From contig CAMMXG010000003.1 in the NCBI GenBank assembly GCA_946500895.1, positions 99 to 64,098 on the forward strand: DNA of 64,000 nt, given 5' to 3'. Positions 19,451 to 28,253 of this stretch are shown here, piece by piece; within the stretch, counting starts at the first letter, position 1; each line of letters opens with the position of its first letter. This DNA comes from an uncultured Mycoplasma sp. GTDB taxonomy: Bacteria > Bacillota_I > Bacilli_A > RF39 > UBA660. A program made the translations under genes and the position numbers. Under the pieces are notes generated by a model, which was given only the letters and a program-made list of their open reading frames with translations, made no database searches and had not been told where the DNA came from.

Positions 19451-20774
19451 ATCACAGAAAGACTTAATAAGTATAGATAAAAAATGGAAAAACATAAAAT
19501 TTAAAGACTCAGAAATACATATTAAAAACATTAAAGATTTCATTACCGATGAACACATCGATATTATTGTTAGATATCTCTATATTAAATCATATATTGA
19601 AGGTGTTAAATATGACAAATACAAAATGATGTACGAAAAAATGATGAAAAAAAGAGTAAATAAAAGTTATTATAATGAATTTAATAAAATTATAAACTCC
19701 TTTAGAAAACATGGATATTTAAAAGAATATCCAATTCCAATTAATAACAAAGGGAAAATGTTAAATGGCTCTCACCGCTTAGCTTGCTGTTTGTATTTTA
19801 ACATTAATCCATATGTTTGTATTTTTGACGAGGAAGATCACGAGTATAATATTAAATGGTTTCACGAAAATGGATTTACTTCTGAAGAGATTATAGAAAT
19901 CGAAAAAACAAAAGAAGAAGTATTAAAAAAATATAGTTTTAACAAAGTATATTTAAAAAATGTATATGCAGCCACAATAACTCCAATTAAAAATGAAAAT
20001 TTAGAAACTGATTATTTTTACAAACATATTAGCACTCTGAAAAAAAATAATATTGATGGGTTATTTTTATGTGGGAACACAGGCAATGGCATGAATCTAA
20101 ATTTTGACCTAAAAAAAGAAGTATTAGAGTATGTGAATAAAATTTCCAAAGAATATTCTTTAATTTTTCACGTCGGTTCTCAAAATACTCAGGATATTGA
20201 AAAAATGATAGCCTTGATTAATAAATCAAATGTTTCTTGCATTGCTTCTATGCCTCCATACCACATAATAGCAAAATTTAATGAAATCAAACAGTTTTAT
20301 GAACGAATTGCCAAATTATCTACTAAGCCAGTATTAATATATCATATTCCAAATATAACTGGAATCAACTTACCTGCGGAAGAAATCATTGAATTGCTAA
20401 GCATTAATAATGTCATAGGAATTAAATATACTGATGCCGATTTAGAAAAGCTGAAAACCATAAGCGAAAATGTAAAAGATAAATATATTTTTTATGGTAA
20501 AGATGATTTGCTATTGAATGGACTTTTGAATGGTGCTAATGCTGGAATAGGAGGCTGTTATAATATTTTTCCAAGTTTTATTTACAAAATAATGAATGGA
20601 AACACATATGCAGAAAGGCTAGATAATCAAAATAAGTTAAATTATGCTATAAAAGTACTAAGGAAAAAATTCCCAACTTTACCTGGAAGCGAATTTGTTT
20701 CAGAAGTATTAAAAATAAAAGCCGATAAAACAGATGAAGAGTTTTATAGATTGTTGGAGGAAGAACATGATTAA
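19440..20774 (+). CDS. fusion protein: ParB/Srx-like N-terminal domain + DHDPS/N-acetylneuraminate-lyase-family class I aldolase
   Basis: N-terminal half has ...PINNKGKMLNGSHRLACCLY (ParB-like DGxHR-type motif). C-terminal half has GLFLCGNTGNG, PVLIYHIP and the Schiff-base-type GIKYT motif of the DapA/NanA family. Confidence 0.7.
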   Translation: MEIKSQKDLISIDKKWKNIKFKDSEIHIKNIKDFITDEHIDIIVRYLYIKSYIEGVKYDKYKMMYEKMMKKRVNKSYYNEFNKIINSFRKHGYLKEYPIPINNKGKMLNGSHRLACCLYFNINPYVCIFDEEDHEYNIKWFHENGFTSEEIIEIEKTKEEVLKKYSFNKVYLKNVYAATITPIKNENLETDYFYKHISTLKKNNIDGLFLCGNTGNGMNLNFDLKKEVLEYVNKISKEYSLIFHVGSQNTQDIEKMIALINKSNVSCIASMPPYHIIAKFNEIKQFYERIAKLSTKPVLIYHIPNITGINLPAEEIIELLSINNVIGIKYTDADLEKLKTISENVKDKYIFYGKDDLLLNGLLNGANAGIGGCYNIFPSFIYKIMNGNTYAERLDNQNKLNYAIKVLRKKFPTLPGSEFVSEVLKIKADKTDEEFYRLLEEEHD

Positions 20775-21828
20775 ATTAGTTGTTTTCGATATTGATGGAG
20801 TATTAACTGATGGCAGTTATTTAATAGATCATTTAGGAAATGAATACAAAAGGATTTGCTTTAAAGACTTAGATAGTTTTAACTTATTAAAACAATTAAA
20901 TATTAAAACTATGTTTTTAACCAGCGAGGCAAATTTTTTAAGCAAATATTTCCAAAAAAAGTTTAACCCTAATTATTTCTTTGATGGAGTAGCAGATAAA
21001 TTTAAAGTATTAACAGATTTCTGTACAAAAAATAATTATAATTTACAAGAAGTATGTTACGTTGGTGATGGCAAAAAAGATTTAGAAGCTATGAAAAATG
21101 TTGGATTATCTATTGCCCCACGCAATAGTATTAGAGAAATAAAGCAAATTGCAACATGCAATCTTGAAGTAGCAGGAGGAAGCGGAGTAGTTTACGAGGT
21201 TTATAATATATTATTAAATATTAACACCGAGTATACTGATAATAATACTTTAAAAAGAATTTTAAATGAACATAAAGCAATTTTATCAAATATGGAAAAT
21301 AATCAGGAACTATTAAATCAATTAAAGCAATCGATAGATATTATTATTAATGCATTAAGAAATAAAAAAATAATATATGCTTGTGGCAATGGTGGAAGTG
21401 CCTCTGATGCACAACACTTTGTAGCAGAATTAATTAGCAAATTTAATTATAATCGTAAATCATTAGGAGCGGTTTCATTAACTACTAATCCTTCGATTAT
21501 AACTTCTATTGGAAATGACTACAATTTCGATAATATATTTAAAAGGCAAATCGAGGGATTGGGTAATAATGGAGATGTTCTTGTTGCACTAAGTACAAGT
21601 GGAAATTCTAATAATATAGTTTTAGCTATAAAGGAAGCATTGGCAAAAGGAATGAAAGTAATATTTTTTACATCAGAAAAATGCAACTCACTTGATAACG
21701 AAAATATGGTTATCTTAAAAGTTCCAAGTTCTGTAACACCGAGAATACAAGAAATTCACATTATGCTAATTCATTACTTATGTGAAGAAATAGAAAATTA
21801 TTTTATGGAGGAAAAAAATGAAAAGTAA
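20767..21828 (+). CDS. fusion protein: KdsC-type HAD phosphatase + GmhA-type SIS sugar-phosphate isomerase
   Basis: Start at the ATG at 20767 (GGAGG upstream, ATGA-type overlap with the preceding stop). N-terminal VVFDIDGVLTDG...YVGDGKKDLEAM (KdsC subfamily). C-terminal CGNGGSASDAQHFVAEL...STSGNSNN...RIQEIHIMLIH is near-canonical GmhA. Confidence 0.8.
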   Translation: MIKLVVFDIDGVLTDGSYLIDHLGNEYKRICFKDLDSFNLLKQLNIKTMFLTSEANFLSKYFQKKFNPNYFFDGVADKFKVLTDFCTKNNYNLQEVCYVGDGKKDLEAMKNVGLSIAPRNSIREIKQIATCNLEVAGGSGVVYEVYNILLNINTEYTDNNTLKRILNEHKAILSNMENNQELLNQLKQSIDIIINALRNKKIIYACGNGGSASDAQHFVAELISKFNYNRKSLGAVSLTTNPSIITSIGNDYNFDNIFKRQIEGLGNNGDVLVALSTSGNSNNIVLAIKEALAKGMKVIFFTSEKCNSLDNENMVILKVPSSVTPRIQEIHIMLIHYLCEEIENYFMEEKNEK

Positions 21829-22963
21829 AACAATATGGCACGTTGGAGGTTATAATCGGAATTATGGTGATTTTGTTCTTTTAGAATCAATTAGAGAAAA
21901 TTTGGAAAAACAATCAGATATACCTCTTAATTTTGTAAATATTGACTGTCAAAGCACTCATTTTTTTAGTGAATTAATTGATGAATTAAATGAAAAAGCA
22001 GATATGCTATTAATTGGGGGTGGAGGATTTATTATGAACCGACACGAAGACAATAGCTTATCTGGATGGCAATGGAGTATCAAAAATGAAGATATAAACA
22101 GAATAAAAGTACCAATAGTTGTTTATGGAATAGGTTATAATAAATTTTACTATGACAATAGAGGGTTTAAAGAACAAATGAACGAATCTTTACTTCTTAC
22201 TCAAAATAAAGCAAAATTATTTTCTGTAAGAAATAATGGTACAAAGGAAGAATTAATAAATAGAGGTTTAAATAAGGATAAAATAGAAGTAATTCCTGAT
22301 TCAGGAATGTTTATTACACCCCTAAAAATAAATGCAAACTTTCTAAATCAAAACAGAATGCTTATAGGCTTAAACTTTGTTTCTGACAGACCACAATTTA
22401 CCTTTCCTGATGATTACAACCAAAGCAAAAGTGAAATTATGAATGAGCTGCTAAAAGCTTGCAAATATTTTATAAAAAAATATAATGCATTAATACTTAA
22501 TATAGATCATATTCTCGGTTTAGATGATGAAATTAATGACTTGTTCAAAAGAGAATTAGGGAAAAATTATTTAGTACTATCAGAGGAGCTCCCGCAAATT
22601 TATCCGCCATCATTGGTAAATGCTCATTTTTTAGCATACATATATCAACAAATGAGTTTTGTAATTGGAATGAGAGGACATTCAAATATTATATCTTTTG
22701 GTATGGGAACACCATTTATTGCAATGGGAACTCATAATAAAAATAGATTTTTTACAAAAGACATTGGAGAAGAGAAATATTTGATAGATTTAAGGGACTA
22801 TAAAATTAGTGCAAAATGTGATATAATCATTAAGAAATCTGAAGAACTATTGCAAGATTCTGATTATAAACAAAGAGCAAAAATAAAAAGAAATAAATTA
22901 AAAAAGGATTTTTGCGATTTTAACAGAAAAATTATAAGGATATTAAAGGAGGAAGAAGATTAG
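21818..22963 (+). CDS. polysaccharide pyruvyl transferase family protein (CsaB/WcaK-like)
   Basis: GGYNRNYGDFVLLESI, LLIGGGGFI and R(G)HS motifs are typical of PS_pyruv_trans proteins. Confidence 0.75.
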   Translation: MKSKTIWHVGGYNRNYGDFVLLESIRENLEKQSDIPLNFVNIDCQSTHFFSELIDELNEKADMLLIGGGGFIMNRHEDNSLSGWQWSIKNEDINRIKVPIVVYGIGYNKFYYDNRGFKEQMNESLLLTQNKAKLFSVRNNGTKEELINRGLNKDKIEVIPDSGMFITPLKINANFLNQNRMLIGLNFVSDRPQFTFPDDYNQSKSEIMNELLKACKYFIKKYNALILNIDHILGLDDEINDLFKRELGKNYLVLSEELPQIYPPSLVNAHFLAYIYQQMSFVIGMRGHSNIISFGMGTPFIAMGTHNKNRFFTKDIGEEKYLIDLRDYKISAKCDIIIKKSEELLQDSDYKQRAKIKRNKLKKDFCDFNRKIIRILKEEED

Positions 22964-22964
22964 T

Positions 22965-23450
22965 ATGGAAATTTTAGATTTATATGATGACTTTGGTCAA
23001 AAATTAAAAGAAACAATAAATAGAGGCGAAAAAACAGAAGAAGGAAAAAATATTATGCTATCTGTAGCTTTTATAAAAAATAGCAAGGGTGAATTTTTAA
23101 TTCAAAAAACTTCTAAAGAAAAAGGAAATAGATATTCTTCAACAGGCGGTCATGTAATGCATGGAGAAACAGGATTAGAAACAATAAAAAGAGAATTAGA
23201 AGAAGAATTAGGAATTAGTGCTACAGAGCAGGATTTAAAATACATTGCAACTTTTAAATATCCAAAAAAGAACTGCATTTTTAATGTCTACTTGCTAAAT
23301 ATAGATATTGACTTATCAAAAATAAAATTACAAGATGAAGAAGTTGAAAGCGTAAAATATCTTTCTGTAGAAGAAATTAATAATATCATTAATAAAGGGA
23401 ATTTCTTAGAATCACACGCTTATATATTCAAGCACTATATTAATAACTAA
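22965..23450 (+). CDS. NUDIX hydrolase
   Basis: Complete Nudix box GGHVMHGETGLETIKRELEEELGI. Confidence 0.85.
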   Translation: MEILDLYDDFGQKLKETINRGEKTEEGKNIMLSVAFIKNSKGEFLIQKTSKEKGNRYSSTGGHVMHGETGLETIKRELEEELGISATEQDLKYIATFKYPKKNCIFNVYLLNIDIDLSKIKLQDEEVESVKYLSVEEINNIINKGNFLESHAYIFKHYINN

Positions 23451-23475
23451 AGCTTTTAGATAGGGGGCGTTACTA

Positions 23476-25662
23476 ATGAGTGAAGAACTAATTGAAAAAG
23501 AAAAATTAAAAAACACTTTATTAATTATAAAACAAGTATTAGAGTCTGAAAAAGATGGCTTAAATAACTTGTTTGATAGTTTTATTGGAAATCGAGAGCA
23601 ATTATGGAAAATTGCAGAGCAAAAAAAGATTCACATACAAAATTTAGAAGCATCATTAGATAAACCATATTTTGCTAGAATAGATTTCAGCTTTGAAGAT
23701 AGTAATGAGATAAAAACAGTCTATATTGGTAAAAATGGTATAATGAAAGATACTGATGTTATTGTTACAGACTGGAGAGCTCCGATTTCTTCATTATATT
23801 ATGATTCTGAAATAGGTCATTGCAGCTTTATAGCACCAGAAGGAAAAATGGAAGGTGATTTAAGTTTAAAAAGGCAATATGAAATAGAAAAAGGTAGTTT
23901 ATTAAGCTATCATGACGTTGATTTAGTTTCAAACGATGCCCTATTACAGAAATATCTTGATAGCAATAACGATTCAAGAATGAAAAGCATAGTTTCTACA
24001 ATACAAAAAGAACAAAATGATGTAATCAGAAAAAAATTATTTGACAATTTAATAATCCAAGGAGTTGCTGGTTCAGGAAAAACAACAGTAGCATTACATA
24101 GAATGGCTTATTTAGTATATAACTACCGAGATTCTATAAAACAAAGTCAATATTTAGTAATTGGACCAAATCCAGTTTTTCTTAAGTATATTAGTTCTGT
24201 ATTACCCGAATTAGATGTAGCAAGTGTTAAACAAAGTACTTTTGAAGAATTTGCTCAAGATTACATTGGTGAAAAAATTAATATAAATTCTTCGGATAAA
24301 AAAGTAGCAAAAAGTATTGCTGGAAAAATTGATAATGATATAGACAAATTTAAGTCATCAATGAGTTATAAAAATATGCTAGATCAATTTTTAAAAATTT
24401 ATTATTATAGTTTAACTTCTAAAGACTTAGAATTAGATGATTTTATTGTGCTTAAGGCTAACGATATAAAGCAAATTTTTGACAGCACTTTTACAGATAA
24501 TATAAGTCTTGCATCTAGAGTAGATTTAACTATCGAAAAATTAACTAGAGTTATTGAAAATAATATGGATTTATTAATTTCTAATTTTACAGATTATTCA
24601 GTAAAAAAATTTGATAGCGTTAAAGGTACAGAAGGACAAGATAAACTTAGAAAAAAATTAGCTAAAAGTAGAGAAGAACTTCACAAATTTTGTAGAAGTA
24701 CCTTGCGAAAATATTTTTCAAAAGCAAAAATAGATGCTACTAAATTATATAAATTGTTTATAAGTTCTATTGAAAATTATAATATTTTCAAATATCCAAA
24801 TTTAAAATTATTAAAGAAAGAAACCATGCAGAATATAAAAGAAGGACATTACGATTTTGAAGATTTAGCTGCATTAATATATTTACAACATTCTATATCT
24901 CCAAATGTGGATTACAATCAAATTAGACACGTAGTAGTAGATGAGGCACAAGATTTGGGAGAATTTAATTTCTATGTGTTAAAAGAAGCCTTGCCATCAT
25001 CAACATTTAGTATTTTTGGAGATTTAGCACAATCTATTTATGATTATCGTGGTATCAACAATTGGAATATAGTAAATAACATTATGTTTGAGAATAAAGG
25101 AACAATTATAGACTTTAAGAAAAGTTATCGTACAACATCAGAAATAATGGAAGTAGCTGATGAAGTTGCAGAAAATATAGGAATGCTTCGTTCCAATCTA
25201 GTTGTTAGACACGGTAAAGACGTCGACTTTACTATGCTCGAGCAAAACGAAATACCTAGCTATATAGCCCAAAAAATCGAGGAATTTAAAAACAAAGGCT
25301 ATAAAACTATTGCTGTAATTAGCAAAACGAACTTATTATCATGTTATATCAACGATGATTTAGCAGAATTGGGGATAAGAATACCAAATATTACTTTAAA
25401 TGATGATTTGACAGATGAAAGATTTAAAATATGCACTATTTCTAATCAACTAGCAAAAGGATTAGAATTTGATGCAGTTATTATCAATAATGCGAGTGAA
25501 GATATCTATTCTTCATCTAATAATTTAGACATGAAACTTCTATATGTAGCAATAACTAGAGCTCTACATGAACTTGATATTGTTTATTCAGGGAATTTAA
25601 CATTACCATTACAGTCATTTATTAAAAAAAAAGGTGATAATTTAAAATTATCTCTAAATTAA
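23476..25662 (+). CDS. helD: HelD-type UvrD/helicase IV-like superfamily-1 ATPase
   Basis: N-terminal coiled-coil followed by YFARIDF...YIGK...WRAPISSLYY, Walker A GVAGSGKTT, DEAQD Walker B, and C-terminal LYVAITRAL. Confidence 0.8.
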   Translation: MSEELIEKEKLKNTLLIIKQVLESEKDGLNNLFDSFIGNREQLWKIAEQKKIHIQNLEASLDKPYFARIDFSFEDSNEIKTVYIGKNGIMKDTDVIVTDWRAPISSLYYDSEIGHCSFIAPEGKMEGDLSLKRQYEIEKGSLLSYHDVDLVSNDALLQKYLDSNNDSRMKSIVSTIQKEQNDVIRKKLFDNLIIQGVAGSGKTTVALHRMAYLVYNYRDSIKQSQYLVIGPNPVFLKYISSVLPELDVASVKQSTFEEFAQDYIGEKININSSDKKVAKSIAGKIDNDIDKFKSSMSYKNMLDQFLKIYYYSLTSKDLELDDFIVLKANDIKQIFDSTFTDNISLASRVDLTIEKLTRVIENNMDLLISNFTDYSVKKFDSVKGTEGQDKLRKKLAKSREELHKFCRSTLRKYFSKAKIDATKLYKLFISSIENYNIFKYPNLKLLKKETMQNIKEGHYDFEDLAALIYLQHSISPNVDYNQIRHVVVDEAQDLGEFNFYVLKEALPSSTFSIFGDLAQSIYDYRGINNWNIVNNIMFENKGTIIDFKKSYRTTSEIMEVADEVAENIGMLRSNLVVRHGKDVDFTMLEQNEIPSYIAQKIEEFKNKGYKTIAVISKTNLLSCYINDDLAELGIRIPNITLNDDLTDERFKICTISNQLAKGLEFDAVIINNASEDIYSSSNNLDMKLLYVAITRALHELDIVYSGNLTLPLQSFIKKKGDNLKLSLN

Positions 25663-25675
25663 AAAAAAATTAGAA

Positions 25676-25710
25676 GGCGAAGATTAGTCACAAAATCTTT
25701 GTCTTTTTTT
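25676..25710 (+). terminator. intrinsic terminator ending the island operon
   Basis: 10-bp stem GGCGAAGATT / AATCTTTGTC (with G-U pairs), 8-nt loop, T7 run. Confidence 0.7.
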
Positions 25711-26011
25711 AAAAGTTTGAAATTCCATATCCATATATGACACTACTATCTATAGAATATTCTTTTTCTCTACAAATTTTATCACTAGAATTACCTTCAA
25801 TAGTATAAAAGATGGTTTAATATTCCCGACATATTGTTTGATGAAATATTAGAATAACGCAAAATATATGAAAGGAATAGAAAGTGTAGAATTAATGATA
25901 AAAATAATCCATTTATTGATAGCATTATTAAAGAGGATAAGTATGATATTGATTGTACTGATATTAATATAGACGAATGCTTTAAAAAATATTTTAATCT
26001 ATCTACTTATT

Positions 26012-26045
26012 AACAAGAAAATATTATTATGTTTTCTTGTTTTTA
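26012..26045 (+). terminator. intrinsic terminator after gene debris
   Basis: AACAAGAAAA / TTTTCTTGTT 10-bp stem followed by TTTT. Confidence 0.45.
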
Positions 26046-26129
26046 TATAGAATAAATGCTAAAATATATTCATCTAATATTATTTAGTACCATTTAATTT
26101 TATTATGTATTATTTAAGGCTAAATGAGA

Positions 26130-26154
26130 AATTTGTGACCTTGATTCGTGTAAA
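26130..26154 (+). repeat. right copy of the 25-bp direct repeat
   Basis: AATTTGTGACCTTGATTCGTGTAAA. Followed by two TTACACGAATTT boxes (26195-26206, 26215-26226), 20 nt apart, upstream of uvrB. Confidence 0.8.
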
Positions 26155-26271
26155 GTTAAAAATAACCTATTTTTTTAAGTTTAATTTATTCTAGTTACAC
26201 GAATTTAGTTTAGAATTACACGAATTTTTTGGTTGATAATAATCATAATAAATTTGAGAAAGGAGTAAAAA

Positions 26272-28218
26272 ATGTTTAAATTAGTGTCAAAATATAAACC
26301 TAGCGGAGACCAACCACAAGCGATTGAAAAGTTAGTTAAAGGAATTAATGAGGGCAAGAAAGAACAAGTTTTACTGGGTGCTACTGGTACGGGTAAAACG
26401 TTTACGGTTGCTAATGTTATTAAGGAAGTGAATAAACCTACCCTTGTTTTAGCTCATAATAAAACTTTAGCAGGTCAACTTTATTCGGAATTAAAAGAGC
26501 TTTTTCCAAATAATCATGTAGAGTACTTTGTAAGTTATTACGATTATTACCAACCGGAAGCTTATGTTCCATCAAGTGATACTTATATTGAAAAAGATGC
26601 ATCTATTAATGATGAAATTGATGAGTTAAGACATAGCGCTACTAGTGCTTTAATTAATTATAAAGATGTTATTGTGGTTGCTAGTGTATCTTGTATTTAT
26701 GGTATTGGTGAGAAAGAAGAATATGAAAAATCCATGCTTATTTTAAATGTAGGGCAAAAAATAAAGAGAAATGATATTATTAATCATTTGGTTGATATGA
26801 CTTATGAGAGAAATGATATTGATTTTCATCGGGGTACATTTAGAAGCCGAGGGGATATTATTGATGTTATTCCGGCAAATGAACATGCTCATGGAATTAG
26901 GATTGAACTTTTTGGTGATGAAATTGATAGAATTTGTACGTTTGACCCTGTAACCGGTGTGGTTGTTAGTGATAAAAAAACAATTACTATTTCTCCGGCT
27001 TCTCACTTTGTTACGAGCCCAGAAAAGTTAGAGGAAGCGATTAGAAGAATTCAAGCTGAACTTGATGAACGTCTTAAAGAGTTGAAAAGTGAAGGAAAGT
27101 TATTAGAAGAGCAAAGGCTTCGCGAGAGAACTAATTATGATATTGAAATGCTTAAGGAAACAGGTTTTTGTAATGGCGTTGAAAATTATTCAAGACACCT
27201 TGCTCTACGTGGTGCTGGGGAAACTCCTACTTGTTTGATTGATTTTTTTCCGAAAGATTTTTTACTAGTCGTAGATGAATCCCATGTTACTTTGCCACAA
27301 GTTAGAGGTATGTATAATGGTGATAGAATGCGAAAGCAAACTTTGGTGGATTATGGATTTCGTCTTCCTAGTGCTCTTGATAATAGGCCTTTAAACTTCC
27401 AGGAATTTGAAAGCAAAATTAATCAAGCTATCTATGTTTCAGCTACTCCTGGTGATTATGAACTTGAACACACTCATGGTGAATACGTTGAACAAATTAT
27501 TCGTCCAACTGGTTTACTTGACCCTACAATTGAAGTCAAACCAACCGAAGGACAAATCGATGATATTATTTCCGAAATACGCTTGCGAATTGAAAAAAAT
27601 GAACGAGTTTTAATTACAACGCTTACCATTCGGATGAGTGAAGAATTAACCAATTATTTAAAAGAAATGGGCATTAAAGTAGCTTATTTGCATAGTGAAA
27701 TAAAAACACTGGAACGTCTTAAAATTATTCGTGAACTAAGACTTGGGGTTTATGATTGTGTTGTTGGTATCAACTTGCTTCGAGAAGGACTTGATATCCC
27801 AGAAGTTAGTTTGATTTGTATTTTGGATGCTGATAAACAAGGATTCTTACGTAGTGAGCGAAGTCTTATTCAAACGATTGGCCGTTGTGCTAGAAATCAA
27901 AATGGTCATGTTATCATGTATGCTGATACAATGAGTGAAGCGATGGATGCCGCCATTAAAGAAACAGCACGTCGTCGGGAAATACAAGAGCAATATAACA
28001 CAGAACATCATATTATTCCTAAAACAATTTCCAAAGAAATTAAAGAAGTTGTTTCTAATGAAATTGAGAATAAAGCTCAAAAACCTAAGATGAGTAAGAA
28101 AGAAAAAGAAAATATCTTAGCAACTTTAGAAGAGGAAATGAAAGAGGCTGCTCGTAATCTTGATTTTGAACGAGCTATGGAACTTCGTGATATCTTACTT
28201 GAAATGAAAAGCAATTAA
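26272..28218 (+). CDS. uvrB: excinuclease ABC subunit B
   Basis: Full-length 648 aa: Walker [23 protein letters not shown], helicase motifs, and a C-terminal UVR domain (..[21 protein letters not shown]). Confidence 0.95.
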   Translation: MFKLVSKYKPSGDQPQAIEKLVKGINEGKKEQVLLGATGTGKTFTVANVIKEVNKPTLVLAHNKTLAGQLYSELKELFPNNHVEYFVSYYDYYQPEAYVPSSDTYIEKDASINDEIDELRHSATSALINYKDVIVVASVSCIYGIGEKEEYEKSMLILNVGQKIKRNDIINHLVDMTYERNDIDFHRGTFRSRGDIIDVIPANEHAHGIRIELFGDEIDRICTFDPVTGVVVSDKKTITISPASHFVTSPEKLEEAIRRIQAELDERLKELKSEGKLLEEQRLRERTNYDIEMLKETGFCNGVENYSRHLALRGAGETPTCLIDFFPKDFLLVVDESHVTLPQVRGMYNGDRMRKQTLVDYGFRLPSALDNRPLNFQEFESKINQAIYVSATPGDYELEHTHGEYVEQIIRPTGLLDPTIEVKPTEGQIDDIISEIRLRIEKNERVLITTLTIRMSEELTNYLKEMGIKVAYLHSEIKTLERLKIIRELRLGVYDCVVGINLLREGLDIPEVSLICILDADKQGFLRSERSLIQTIGRCARNQNGHVIMYADTMSEAMDAAIKETARRREIQEQYNTEHHIIPKTISKEIKEVVSNEIENKAQKPKMSKKEKENILATLEEEMKEAARNLDFERAMELRDILLEMKSN

Positions 28219-28220
28219 AA

Positions 28221-28253
28221 AACTCCAAAATATTAATTGGAGTTCTTTTTTTT
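28221..28253. terminator. bidirectional intrinsic terminator between the convergent uvrB and 28233 genes
   Basis: AACTCCAA / TTGGAGTT 8-bp stem flanked by A and T runs. Confidence 0.6.

Larger units (their letters stand above)
15927..26271. mobile_element. putative ~10.3-kb genomic island inserted at the 5' end of uvrB (no recombinase detected)
   Basis: Bracketed by direct 276-nt uvrB 5' copies and by internal 25-bp direct repeats. Contains gene debris at both ends and one 8-gene operon. Confidence 0.45.

Noticed and set aside
15927-26271. Calling the island a prophage, ICE or transposon.
   Set aside because: No integrase, transposase, relaxase, replication or phage structural gene could be recognised in any frame. 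It is kept only as a generic putative island.
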